64,000 bases of DNA, taken from a bacterium. Lineage in GTDB: Bacteria > CLD3 > SB21. The first letter of the stretch is position 1; each line of letters starts with the position of its first letter. Position numbers and translations under genes: made by a program. The notes beneath the pieces are model-generated. The model was not told where the DNA came from. It did no database searches and was given only the letters and a program-made list of their open reading frames with translations. Location: the NCBI GenBank assembly GCA_008933615.1, contig WBUR01000003.1, positions 16,340 through 80,339 of the forward strand. The letters are read 5' to 3'. Of this stretch, positions 20,492 through 30,361 are shown piece after piece.

Positions 20492-21505
20492 ATGAACGTC
20501 GCAGTAATTTTAGGCGGGACATCCAGCGAGCGCAATGTTTCTCTTGCCTCTGGAACGGCAATCGCCAAGGCGTTGAAACAGAGCGGCCATGATGTCATTC
20601 TTCTCGATCCTGCTTTTGGAAAAAACCAGAAGCTTCAACCTTTCACGCAAGTTGGCGTGACGCCGCCGGAACAAACAGAACTGGATCGTCTTCCGGCAGA
20701 GCAAGGGAAAGCGCTATTTGATCTTGTTGAAATTATTTTATCCAAGAAAATCGATATTGTATTCAATGCCTTGCACGGCGGCATTGGGGAGAACGGGATT
20801 ATCCAATCAATATTTGAAGCGGCGAAGATCAATTATACCGGATCCGGCGTGATGGCGAGCGCATTGGCGATGAATAAAGTCACATCTAAATATATATTTC
20901 AATCATGCGACGTACCGACACCGCCGTTTTTATTTTTTAAAAAAAGTACGGAGTGGACAATAGTTCGCAAGGCCATCGTCTCGGCATTTCAATTTCCGAT
21001 CGTTATAAAACCTAACGAGGAAGGCTCGACCGTTGGCTTGAGTATTGTGAAAGATGAAGAAGCCTTGGGCGCGGCGTGGGACAAAGCGATACATTACGGG
21101 CATGTATTGGTCGAAAAATATATAGCCGGTCGCGAACTGACCGTTGCAGTTCTCGGCGATCAGGCTTTGCCGGTAATTGAAATCATTCCTGAAGGCGGAT
21201 TTTATGATTACGAACATAAATATACCAAAGGCAAAACCAGCTATGTTTGTCCTGCGGATGTTACAAAGGCCATTTCTGAAAACGCAAAGAGTTTTGCCGT
21301 GAAGGCTTTTGAAGGATTGGGATGTAAAGCGTACGCCAGAGTCGATTTTCGATTGAGCGAGAATAACGAACTATACTGTCTTGAAGTCAATACCTTGCCG
21401 GGCATGACCGAGACCAGCCTCGTGCCTAAAGCGGCCAGGGCGAATGGGATGGAGTTTGAAGAATTAATACAAAACATTGTCACATTTTCATTAACCAAAA
21501 ATTAG
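20492..21505 (+). CDS. ddl: D-alanine--D-alanine ligase
   Basis: N-terminal VAVILGGTSSERNVSLASG and an ATP-grasp C-terminal domain (RVDFRLSENNELYCLEVNTLPGMT). Confidence 0.85.
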   Translation: MNVAVILGGTSSERNVSLASGTAIAKALKQSGHDVILLDPAFGKNQKLQPFTQVGVTPPEQTELDRLPAEQGKALFDLVEIILSKKIDIVFNALHGGIGENGIIQSIFEAAKINYTGSGVMASALAMNKVTSKYIFQSCDVPTPPFLFFKKSTEWTIVRKAIVSAFQFPIVIKPNEEGSTVGLSIVKDEEALGAAWDKAIHYGHVLVEKYIAGRELTVAVLGDQALPVIEIIPEGGFYDYEHKYTKGKTSYVCPADVTKAISENAKSFAVKAFEGLGCKAYARVDFRLSENNELYCLEVNTLPGMTETSLVPKAARANGMEFEELIQNIVTFSLTKN

Positions 21506-21545
21506 ACATTCAAATGTTACATTAATAATTCAGGGGAGTCAGATT

Positions 21546-22328
21546 ATGTCTTACAAAAACATCCTATTCGAAATCAAAAACAAGATCGCCTATATCACGA
21601 TCAACCGCCCGGATAAATTAAATGCGCTTAATTCGGAGACGTTCAACGAATTACACGACGCATTCATCAAAGCGAATGAAGATCAAGGCGTAGTCGGAGT
21701 CATCCTAACCGGTAGCGGTGAAAAAGCGTTTGTTGCGGGCGCGGATATTACGGAACTGGCTGTGCAGACACCGGTCACGGCAAAAGAGTTTGCTCTACGC
21801 AGCGAGGTTGTTCTGTGTTATATCGAACGCATGAGCAAACCGGTGATCGCGGCGGTGAACGGCTTTGCGCTGGGCGGCGGGTGTGAACTTACCATGGCGT
21901 GCCACATGCGCGTTGCTTCGGAGAGTGCAAAGTTCGGCCAGCCCGAAGTCAATCTCGGGCTGATCGCAGGAAACGGCGGCACGCAGCGTCTGCCGAGACT
22001 AGTTGGTAAAGGGCGCGCGATCGAACTTCTCTGCACGGGCGACATGATCTCCGCTGAAGAAGCGTATCGAATCGGGTTGGCAAATAAAATTACAAAAAAA
22101 GAAGAACTGATTTTAACCTGCGAAAAAGTATTGAACACGATCGCCTCCAAAGCGCCCGTGGCGGTGAAGCTGACGCTGGAGGCGGTGCAAAGCGGCATGG
22201 AAATGACTTTAGCCGAAGGGTTGAATTTTGAGGCGAACTTATTCGGTCTCGTTTTCTCGACAGATGATATGAAAGAAGGAACGAAAGCGTTTATCGAAAA
22301 AAGGAAAGCGGATTTCAAAGGGAAATAG
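21546..22328 (+). CDS. enoyl-CoA hydratase/isomerase (crotonase family)
   Basis: 260 aa. The crotonase fold motifs are AAVNGFALGGGCELTMACH and the oxyanion region. Confidence 0.8.
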   Translation: MSYKNILFEIKNKIAYITINRPDKLNALNSETFNELHDAFIKANEDQGVVGVILTGSGEKAFVAGADITELAVQTPVTAKEFALRSEVVLCYIERMSKPVIAAVNGFALGGGCELTMACHMRVASESAKFGQPEVNLGLIAGNGGTQRLPRLVGKGRAIELLCTGDMISAEEAYRIGLANKITKKEELILTCEKVLNTIASKAPVAVKLTLEAVQSGMEMTLAEGLNFEANLFGLVFSTDDMKEGTKAFIEKRKADFKGK

Positions 22329-22355
22329 CAATAAACCTAAGCTGAAAGATTTGTT

Positions 22356-22916
22356 TTGAATGTAAATATTGTCATTATATCCTTCGTTACGGTTCTTGCT
22401 GTGATCGTATCTGTCATCACAAAAAGAATTAATATCGAATGGGCGCTAAAGGCGTGGGTCAAATTGGTTTTTGTTTTCATGGCAGGGATTGGAGCCGCAA
22501 TCATCATTATGGAAAGCCGCGGCATTGATCAATTTCTCGAGATGAGAGAATGGCCGACCGTCGAAGCAAAAATAACTTCGTCGCGGGTCGAAGGACGAAG
22601 AGCATTTCATCCGGAAATTATTTATGAATATACGGTCAGCGGTGAAACATATACCGGAACAACCGATATGGGCGTCCCGGGATTTGGAACTAAAGCCAAC
22701 CGACTAAACGTTGCGTCAACGAATGTTGTTCACAATCCCGTAGGCAAAATAATTACCGTACATTACGATCCGCAAAACCCCTCTTTCTCGCAATTACGAA
22801 TTGTTCCGACCTATACGGCGTTCATTTTATTATCAGTTGCTTCGATGTTATTCGGCACGGGTTTGTGGGGAGTATTTTCTGCTTTTATAAAGAAAAAGCA
22901 GAAAATAGGTTATTGA
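22356..22916 (+). CDS. DUF3592-like membrane protein
   Basis: Two TM helices flank a beta-rich domain with a pattern I associate with DUF3592 (W.T.EAKI...Y.P.I.Y.Y.V.G..Y.G...V.YDPQNP). Start codon TTG. Confidence 0.55.
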   Translation: MNVNIVIISFVTVLAVIVSVITKRINIEWALKAWVKLVFVFMAGIGAAIIIMESRGIDQFLEMREWPTVEAKITSSRVEGRRAFHPEIIYEYTVSGETYTGTTDMGVPGFGTKANRLNVASTNVVHNPVGKIITVHYDPQNPSFSQLRIVPTYTAFILLSVASMLFGTGLWGVFSAFIKKKQKIGY

Positions 22917-23040
22917 TTTTTAGCAAAAGCTTGTATAGATTTTCATAGTTATTCTGAGAAATCTACATGCAGTAAACATCCTGCCTTTCATTTACAAGCG
23001 TCGATTTCAATCTACATAATATCTTATACGGAGATTCAAT

Positions 23041-25143
23041 ATGAAAACGTTTACACCCGACAAGATCCGAAATATTTGTCTTGCTTCACACGGCGGCACC
23101 GGAAAAACGACGTTAGCCGAATCGATACTTTTTGTAACCGGAACCAAAAAACGATTTGGAACAGTGGATGAAGGAAGCACCGCCAGCGATTATAATGCAG
23201 ATGAGATTGAAAGAAAATTTTCCATTAATACCTCTTTGATGCATTGCGAATGGAACGGGCACAAGATCAATATTCTGGATACCCCGGGTTATGCCGATTT
23301 TAGAGGCGAAGTGAAAGGCGCGATGAGAGTAGCGGACATGGTGATCATTCCTGTCAGAGCAACGGCTTTGCTTGACGTGGGAACGGAGGTGGCCTGGGAC
23401 TATGCCGCAGAATACAATATTCCGGTGATGTTCGTTGTAAATGAACTGGACAAAGAAAATTCAAATTTCGATAAGACGTTTGATGTGATCGTCGAGCGAT
23501 TTGGAGGCGAGCGTCATTTTGTTGAAATCGGATTCCCGGTTGGCGAAGGGCGGCCGGACTTTAACAAAATATTTGACACGATCAAAACTCAATTACTCAA
23601 ATTCGAACTCGACAAATCCGGTAATTACGAAGCGCTTGACGTACCCGCGGAATTCAAAGAGCGTATGAGCAAAATGCATGAAATTCTGATCGAAGATGCC
23701 GCCGAGAGCGAAGAAAAATTCATGGAAGACTATTTTGCAACGGGTACCCTTACGGATGAGGAATTCAAAACAGGTCTGCGCGAAGGTATTTTAGCAAGAA
23801 AAATCATTCCTGTTTTCTGCACGGACGGCATTAATTCCGTAGGCATTAAGCCACTTCTTGATTTTATTGTCGATTACGGGCCGTCACCCGTTGATATGCC
23901 GGTTGCCAAGGGCCTCGGGCCCAATGGCGCATCACAAACCCGCGAATGTAAAACGGATGCTCCGTTCTCAGCATTCGTATTCAAAACGATCAGCGAACCG
24001 CATGTCGGTGAAATGTCGTTGTTTCGCGTATATTCCGGAACGGTTAAGACCGGCGATGACGTAATGAATTCCACCCGCAATGTGATGGAACGAATCGGTC
24101 AAGTGTTTCTTCTGAACGGAAAGGAACGACTGGATGTAGGACAGGTCAGCGCAGGCGATATTGCAGCCCTGGTGAAAATGAAAGACACTCACACCAACAA
24201 TTCACTGAGCGACAAAAACAAATTAGTAAGGTACGAGGAGATCAATTTTCCGGATCCGATCATCACGTTTGCTATCGTGCCGCGCGGTAAAGCCGATGAA
24301 ACGAAGATCAGCACGGGTTTGCACGCCATTCACGAAGAAGATCCCGCATTTCACTATACGTACGACGTCGAAACTCTGCAGAGTATTGTCAGCGGACAGG
24401 GCGAAATGCATTTAACCATTATTACCCAGCGACTAAAAGATCGGTTTGGCGTGGAAGTCGATTTGGTCGATGCGCGCATTCCTTTTAAAGAAACCATTCG
24501 CGGCCACGTTAAAGACGCAGAATTCAAGCATAAAAAACAATCCGGCGGCCGTGGTCAATACGGACATGTCCATCTAAAAATAGATCCGAAGCCCAGAGGA
24601 ACAGGATTTGAATTTGTGAATGATATCGTCGGCGGCGTTGTGCCCGGACGATTCATTCCGGCGGTGGAAAAGGGCGTTCACGATGCTCTCGTAAACGGCG
24701 TTATCGCGGGGTATCCGGTGATCGACGTTCAAGTCACGCTGTTTGACGGCTCGTACCACGACGTGGATTCAGACGAACTATCCTTCAAGATAGCAGGCGC
24801 TCAAGCTTTCCGGAAAGGTTTTAGAGAAGCTCATCCTATTATGTTGGAACCGATTTATGAACTCGAGGTGAAAATTCCTGAAGAGTATATGGGCGCCATC
24901 ATGGGCGATCTTTCCGGGCGACGAGGGCAAATTCAAGGTATGGAAGCGGACGGCCATTTCCAGATTGTAAAGGCAACGGTGCCATTAGCTGAAATTCAAA
25001 AATACGCGACCGTCCTGCGTTCCATGACCAGCGGGCGCGGCGGATTCAGAAAAAAATTTTCGCATTATGCGGAACTGCCGCATGAGATCGCGCACAAGAT
25101 CATTTTGGAGTATGAAGAACGGAAAGCCGCCGGAGAAAAATAA
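23041..25143 (+). CDS. elongation factor G paralogue (EF-G-like GTPase with divergent G1 motif)
   Basis: 700 aa with the full EF-G domain order. G1 is SHGGTGKTT rather than the canonical AHxDxGKTT. DTPGYADF is G3. It has a domain IV/V-like C-terminus. Confidence 0.75.
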   Translation: MKTFTPDKIRNICLASHGGTGKTTLAESILFVTGTKKRFGTVDEGSTASDYNADEIERKFSINTSLMHCEWNGHKINILDTPGYADFRGEVKGAMRVADMVIIPVRATALLDVGTEVAWDYAAEYNIPVMFVVNELDKENSNFDKTFDVIVERFGGERHFVEIGFPVGEGRPDFNKIFDTIKTQLLKFELDKSGNYEALDVPAEFKERMSKMHEILIEDAAESEEKFMEDYFATGTLTDEEFKTGLREGILARKIIPVFCTDGINSVGIKPLLDFIVDYGPSPVDMPVAKGLGPNGASQTRECKTDAPFSAFVFKTISEPHVGEMSLFRVYSGTVKTGDDVMNSTRNVMERIGQVFLLNGKERLDVGQVSAGDIAALVKMKDTHTNNSLSDKNKLVRYEEINFPDPIITFAIVPRGKADETKISTGLHAIHEEDPAFHYTYDVETLQSIVSGQGEMHLTIITQRLKDRFGVEVDLVDARIPFKETIRGHVKDAEFKHKKQSGGRGQYGHVHLKIDPKPRGTGFEFVNDIVGGVVPGRFIPAVEKGVHDALVNGVIAGYPVIDVQVTLFDGSYHDVDSDELSFKIAGAQAFRKGFREAHPIMLEPIYELEVKIPEEYMGAIMGDLSGRRGQIQGMEADGHFQIVKATVPLAEIQKYATVLRSMTSGRGGFRKKFSHYAELPHEIAHKIILEYEERKAAGEK

Positions 25144-25208
25144 ATTTCTTGCATTGCTTTAAACCTGATGGTATCTTTTAGTAACACCGTCACTATTTGG
25201 AGTAATGA

Positions 25209-26345
25209 ATGAGGCATACGCTGCCGCAGCTTAGACTTCCCATTGTCCGTTATTATATGGTTCATTTCTACACCAATTCGCGTGTGGACGGAACTCCCCA
25301 TCGTAATATTTTTGCTTCTTTTGCTCAAACCGAATATTCGCAGGTTCTGCTGACGGAAATGTCTTTCTTTAACAAGCAGGACGTCAAGAACACACAGAAA
25401 TTTAACAGCCGGCAATCCATTCATATTGAGGATTTTGAGACGATCGCCAACATGACGATCAAACTGGATACGCAATCCTTTCTTGAAGTGGTCGTTCTTG
25501 AATACAGAGAATTACCGCCTAATATCATCATTGCCGACCTGTCTGAGGAGATCATCGAATCGTTCGAAATCATATATTTGTTTTATAAAGGCGCTATTTA
25601 TCCGGGTATTCACAAACTCGACATGATGATTGACACAGGCGTCATCGCGATGATCCCGCTGCGTGAGGTTCTCACGCGCGCGATCCCTGACAAACTGAAA
25701 GTGAACATACTGGCTGAATATCAGTTAATGAGTTTTGACCGCGATCCGAATGATTTTATCGATTTTAATCTCATTTGGTTTCTCGGCAAAATGGACCTCG
25801 AAAGCGTTGACAAATTTCTGCAGGAGGAAGAACTGCGTATGCAAGACCGGTATAGCGATTCCATGGAACCTTACGAGGAAAGCGAAGACGAAGAATCTGA
25901 GGAAGAAGAGGGATCTGATTTTGGCGAACGGGATTCACAGGAAGAACTGCAGAACGGCTTTAATACTTTAAATGAACATGATCAGACGATCAAACTGGCT
26001 CTGGAAAATGAGCTAAAGAAATTTTATTTGAACGAAGACGATTTTTTCACGCGGGTTGTCGGCGTGCGGCATTATGATTTTAATGTTTACGATCTGCCGG
26101 AAGGAACGCGCGTCGTATTGATACCTGAGCCGCACAATCAGCACGATATGTATGCCGTATCGGTCAAAACCAACGAAGGGAAAATGATTGGTTATCTAAA
26201 GCGGGAACTTTCCGAGATCATGTACCAAGAAATACAAAAAGGGGTGTTGTACCGCGCCACGATCGTAAAAGTTTTACCCGAAGCCGTTGACAGCAACAGC
26301 CGTGTGCACCTGCTCATCGAGAAAGTTATGTATCATTTCAATTAG
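25209..26345 (+). CDS. HIRAN-domain protein with unknown N-terminal domain and acidic linker
   Basis: The C-terminal roughly 100 aa (VVGVRHYDFNVYDLPEGTRVVLIPEPHNQHDMYAVSVK...GYL) match the HIRAN fold consensus. Acidic run EESEDEESEEEEGSDFGERDSQEE. Alternative start at about 25359. Confidence 0.6.
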   Translation: MRHTLPQLRLPIVRYYMVHFYTNSRVDGTPHRNIFASFAQTEYSQVLLTEMSFFNKQDVKNTQKFNSRQSIHIEDFETIANMTIKLDTQSFLEVVVLEYRELPPNIIIADLSEEIIESFEIIYLFYKGAIYPGIHKLDMMIDTGVIAMIPLREVLTRAIPDKLKVNILAEYQLMSFDRDPNDFIDFNLIWFLGKMDLESVDKFLQEEELRMQDRYSDSMEPYEESEDEESEEEEGSDFGERDSQEELQNGFNTLNEHDQTIKLALENELKKFYLNEDDFFTRVVGVRHYDFNVYDLPEGTRVVLIPEPHNQHDMYAVSVKTNEGKMIGYLKRELSEIMYQEIQKGVLYRATIVKVLPEAVDSNSRVHLLIEKVMYHFN

Positions 26346-26524
26346 TCATGTGTTTTGGCTGTTTGCCCACAGAACACACATAATAACACAGAAAAAATTC
26401 AAACCGCATACAGGAAAATGCCGGTAAAAGAAAATAATCTCTTTCGCGTTTTCGTTGGCTGGTGATTTTTAACAAGTCATTTAAATCCGGTTCGATTTTT
26501 TCCTGCCTCCATTTACAAAAATCC

Positions 26525-27439
26525 ATGCAACAGTTATTGGAACAAGCAATCCGTTATGCGAAGCCTTTTTTAGAGCAGGGTAAATTAGCTGATTATATTC
26601 CTGCATTACTCCGCGCAAACCCGCAGCATCTTGGTGTTTCTATCACAACTATGGATGGGAAACAACACAGCGCAGGCGATACAGACGAGCCGTTTTCCAT
26701 TCAAAGTATTTCAAAAATTTTATCGCTGATTTATGTTCTGAATGAACGAGGCAAAGAGAAAGTTCTGGAAAAAGTCGGCGTTGAGCCCAGCGGCAATCCA
26801 TTTTATTCACTGGTGCAGTTAGAATACGAATCAGGCAAACCGCGCAACCCATTGATCAATGCGGGCGCTATTGCAATCACGGGACTGATGGCCGGCAATT
26901 CAGCGCAGGAAAAATCGGCCGGCTTGATACAATTTTTGAATAATATTGTAGACGAATCAGACTACAAAATAAATCAGGAAATATATCGCTCGGAGTTCGA
27001 AACCAGCCACCGCAATCGCGCCGTAGGTTATTTTATGAAACACTTCGGTATGATCGACGGAGAAGTTGAAGCCGCTGTGGATGCTTATTTTCAGCAATGC
27101 TCGATCGAAATGACCTGCGCGCAATTGTCACGATTGTCGCTTTTTTTCGCGGGCGGCGGAACCGATCCGATCAGTCATAAAAAAGTAACGGATCCGGAAA
27201 ATGTAAAATGGGTTCACGCCCTGATGGCGATGTGCGGATTGTATGATGCGTCGGGGGAATTTGCCTGCACGGTCGGATTGCCAGGAAAAAGCGGCGTTGG
27301 CGGCGGAATTGTGGCCATTGTGCCGGGGAAGATGTCGATTTCGGTATTTGGCCCGGCGCTGGATGGAAAAGGAAACAGCATCGGCGGTTTGAAAATATTG
27401 GAATTTTTATCGAGAGAACTACGCTTATCGTTATTCTAA
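26525..27439 (+). CDS. glsA: glutaminase A
   Basis: Serine-dependent glutaminase signatures (FSIQSISKILSLIYVL; PLINAGAIA; GKSGVGGGIVAIVPG). The track ORF starts at 26462; ATG 26525 gives the typical length of about 305 aa. Confidence 0.8.
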   Translation: MQQLLEQAIRYAKPFLEQGKLADYIPALLRANPQHLGVSITTMDGKQHSAGDTDEPFSIQSISKILSLIYVLNERGKEKVLEKVGVEPSGNPFYSLVQLEYESGKPRNPLINAGAIAITGLMAGNSAQEKSAGLIQFLNNIVDESDYKINQEIYRSEFETSHRNRAVGYFMKHFGMIDGEVEAAVDAYFQQCSIEMTCAQLSRLSLFFAGGGTDPISHKKVTDPENVKWVHALMAMCGLYDASGEFACTVGLPGKSGVGGGIVAIVPGKMSISVFGPALDGKGNSIGGLKILEFLSRELRLSLF

Positions 27440-27484
27440 CCACATTTTATTTATCAGTAGATCACCTCTTTCAATTAATCACAC

Positions 27485-28858
27485 ATGAAATTTCTATCCA
27501 TCGGCGGCGGAAAATTCATCGGCGCAAATTCCCACTATCTGGAAATTGACGGCATGGGATTACTTCTGGATACCGGCCTGGATCCTCATCTGGACGGAAT
27601 AGGAAGTATGCCGCGATTTGATCTCATCCAAAACAAGATTGTGGATGCAGTATTTGTTTCGCATTGCCACCATGACCACGTGGGCTCATTACCTCTTGCT
27701 ATCAGGAATTTTCCACATGCCCGGGTGTACATGAGTTATGTGTCGAGTTTTCTGTATACCACACTTTTGCATAATGCAGTTTCTGTCATGAATATTCTTA
27801 AGCATGAGAAAAATATAACTGAATATCCGCTCTATACGCATGACGATGTAGATATCATATCGTTTATTATTCAGGGAATGAAATTTGAAAAAGTGTTTAA
27901 ACTCTTCGGGCACAACAATCCGCTCGATGGAATTGACTGCAGTTGGCATCATGCGGGCCATACACTCGGCGCGGGGAGCCTTTATATTCATGCCAAGCAG
28001 GGGAGGGTCTTTTTCACCGGTGATATTTGCGCGTCGAATCAATTCCTGATTCAGGGCGCCCATTATCCAAAAAAGCCTATAGACATTCTGATTGCAGAAT
28101 GCACGATGGGAGCCAACGAAGAAACGGAAACGATCAAACGTAAGAACGAGATCAGCAAATTCACAAAAATACTGAACGAAACTTTTAATAAACGCGGATC
28201 GGTTTTGATTCCCGCCTTTGCGCTGGGTAAAACTCAGGAAATGTTATGGCTGGTCAATAACCTCAAAAAGAGAAAACTCATACCGGATGTTGATATTTTC
28301 GTTTCGGGCCTAGGCAGAGCGGTTTCCAGAATCTATGATCTGACAAGCGAACACGCCTGCCGCATCGACGATGATTTCTTTTTTGATGACATGGAATTTT
28401 CCGTGATTGATTCGCGCGACCTGCTCAAGGAGGGACTGTGGGTCAAGCGTCCGTCGGTGATCATCGCCAGTTCCGGTATGATGATCGAAAACACACCGTC
28501 GTATTGGCTTGCGTATAAAATGATGCGTGAAGCGCGTCATACGATATGTTTTGTTGGGTATACGAGTGAAGATTCACCGTCACGGGTGGTATTGGAAAGT
28601 AAACGTAACTCAAAGATCACTTTGTCGGGAATACAGGAATCAGTTGATCGAAATTGCCGAGTGGAACGCATTCACTTCAGTGGCCATTCCAACAGGACGG
28701 AGATATTACAGATGGTACAAACTTTAAATCCGTCTAAACTCGTTCTGGTACACGCGGGAAACGAAGAAGCTTTGGCTTGGACAGTGGAGAAGGTTCGGGA
28801 GGATCAGCCAAAGATGGAGATAATATGTCCTGAGGTAGGGAAGGAATACGATCTTTAA
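27485..28858 (+). CDS. metallo-beta-lactamase-fold hydrolase, beta-CASP-like (probable RNA/DNA-processing nuclease)
   Basis: HCHHDHVGSLP motif 2. Further His and Asp ligands in the central and C-terminal parts (HFSGHSNRTE). 457 aa. Confidence 0.65.
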   Translation: MKFLSIGGGKFIGANSHYLEIDGMGLLLDTGLDPHLDGIGSMPRFDLIQNKIVDAVFVSHCHHDHVGSLPLAIRNFPHARVYMSYVSSFLYTTLLHNAVSVMNILKHEKNITEYPLYTHDDVDIISFIIQGMKFEKVFKLFGHNNPLDGIDCSWHHAGHTLGAGSLYIHAKQGRVFFTGDICASNQFLIQGAHYPKKPIDILIAECTMGANEETETIKRKNEISKFTKILNETFNKRGSVLIPAFALGKTQEMLWLVNNLKKRKLIPDVDIFVSGLGRAVSRIYDLTSEHACRIDDDFFFDDMEFSVIDSRDLLKEGLWVKRPSVIIASSGMMIENTPSYWLAYKMMREARHTICFVGYTSEDSPSRVVLESKRNSKITLSGIQESVDRNCRVERIHFSGHSNRTEILQMVQTLNPSKLVLVHAGNEEALAWTVEKVREDQPKMEIICPEVGKEYDL

Positions 28859-28959
28859 TCGATCTGCATTAGTCATAAAAAAATTTATAGTACCTATAAC
28901 AGGATGAATGTGTTACTTTCTTTGCTTTGATGCAAAGAAAGTAACCAAAGAAAAATCAA

Positions 28960-29097
28960 GGCTGTAAGAAAACCACCTGAATCCGAGTTGCAAATTTGGT
29001 TGCGAAAAACAAACTCGCCCTCTTGCGAGGGCTCAAACAAGTTTTTCGCTAATATTATTTACAAACTCGGATTCCAGACGGCGGTTTTCTTAAGGCC
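28960..29097. repeat. approximately 138-nt imperfect palindrome (nested long hairpin) in the MBL-rluD intergenic region; candidate small structured RNA or MITE/REP-like element
   Basis: Arm pairs: GGCTGTAAGAAAACC / GGTTTTCTTAAGGCC; CTGAATCCGAGTT / AACTCGGATTCCAG; GCGAAAAAC / GTTTTTCGC; and an inner GCCCTC-TTGC-GAGGGC hairpin. A separate perfect 14-bp hairpin lies at about 28912-28945. Confidence 0.4.
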
Positions 29098-29269
29098 GTT
29101 AAATCCCTGAAAACTAGATAATATTTGTGAAAAACAGAATGCAAGGTAAGTTTAAATAACCGTATATTTGATTCTATGTTAGAACTTTGATAAGTTATTA
29201 CCGTGATAAACAATATGTATAAACCGAGACATTTCTCAGCGCCTTTGCGTCTCTGCGATTAAATCTACT

Positions 29270-30220
29270 ATGCGTCAACATCAGATCATAGTTGCCGGCA
29301 ATCAGCGAGCCGAAAGGCTTGACGCTTTTATTTCCCGTCAGATCGTGAATCTTTCGCGCTCACGCGTTCAGCAATTACTTGATCAGGCGATGATCGTCGT
29401 CAATCAAAAATCCGTCCCGAAATCCTACAAAATCAGGCCGCATGATGTCATCGATATCACATTGCCGATTCCAGAAAAAGTTGAAATGGAAGCCGAAAAC
29501 ATTCCGCTCAATATAGTGTTTGAGGATGCCGATATTCTGGTTGTGAATAAACCGGCCGGCATGGTCGTTCATCCGGCTTATTCCAACTGGACCGGAACGA
29601 TGGTCAACGCGCTTTTGCATCATGTTCAGGACCTGTCGGGAATCAACGGCGAGTTACGTCCGGGCATCGTACATCGCATTGACAAAGATACCAGCGGCCT
29701 TCTTCTGGTTGCAAAACATGATAAAGAGCACCGCTTTTTGAGTAATCTTTTCAAGACCCACACGATTGAGCGTGAATACTGGACGATCGTGTGGGGCAAA
29801 CTCAAGAAGAAAAAGGGTACGGTCGAAACTTTGATTGGCCGCAGTCCGAAAGACCGAAAAAAGTTTGCTGTAGTGAAGGAAGGAAAAACAGCCATAACGC
29901 ATTACGAACTCATCGCGACGTATGATTTTTTATCCCTGGTGAAACTGCACCTGGAAACCGGGCGCACGCATCAGATCAGGGTTCATATGGCACACCTCGG
30001 GCATCCTGTCTTCGGCGACAAAACGTACGGGGGTGATAATCCGAACCTTGCCGGAACTGATAAAAAGAAAAAACAAGCACTGAAAGTATTGGAACTCATG
30101 CCGCGCCAGGCTTTGCATGCAAAAACGCTGGGATTTATTCATCCGACCACCAGGAAAAAAGTCACGTTTGACTCGGAACTGCCGGAGGATTTTAAACTTG
30201 TAATTAGACAACTTGAGTAG
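29270..30220 (+). CDS. rluD: 23S rRNA pseudouridine synthase, RluA family (RluD-type with N-terminal S4 domain)
   Basis: S4-like N-terminus. Catalytic motif HRIDKDTSGLLLVAK. 316 aa. Confidence 0.8.
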   Translation: MRQHQIIVAGNQRAERLDAFISRQIVNLSRSRVQQLLDQAMIVVNQKSVPKSYKIRPHDVIDITLPIPEKVEMEAENIPLNIVFEDADILVVNKPAGMVVHPAYSNWTGTMVNALLHHVQDLSGINGELRPGIVHRIDKDTSGLLLVAKHDKEHRFLSNLFKTHTIEREYWTIVWGKLKKKKGTVETLIGRSPKDRKKFAVVKEGKTAITHYELIATYDFLSLVKLHLETGRTHQIRVHMAHLGHPVFGDKTYGGDNPNLAGTDKKKKQALKVLELMPRQALHAKTLGFIHPTTRKKVTFDSELPEDFKLVIRQLE

Positions 30221-30361
30221 TTCAGGGCTTTTATGACGGACAAATAATTATCGTTGTTAAAAAACACTAAATTGATATGAATTATCAATCAAAACATACG
30301 CCGAATTGTATAATATAGTTCGTAAAGATAGTTATAATAGCCAAGGTGCAAAAACAAAAAT

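Noticed and set aside
26338-26526. 62-aa minus-strand ORF between the HIRAN gene and glsA
   Set aside because: It overlaps the glsA 5-prime region. It has no motif and is probably spurious. An imperfect hairpin just after the HIRAN stop lacks a T-tract, so I did not call a terminator.
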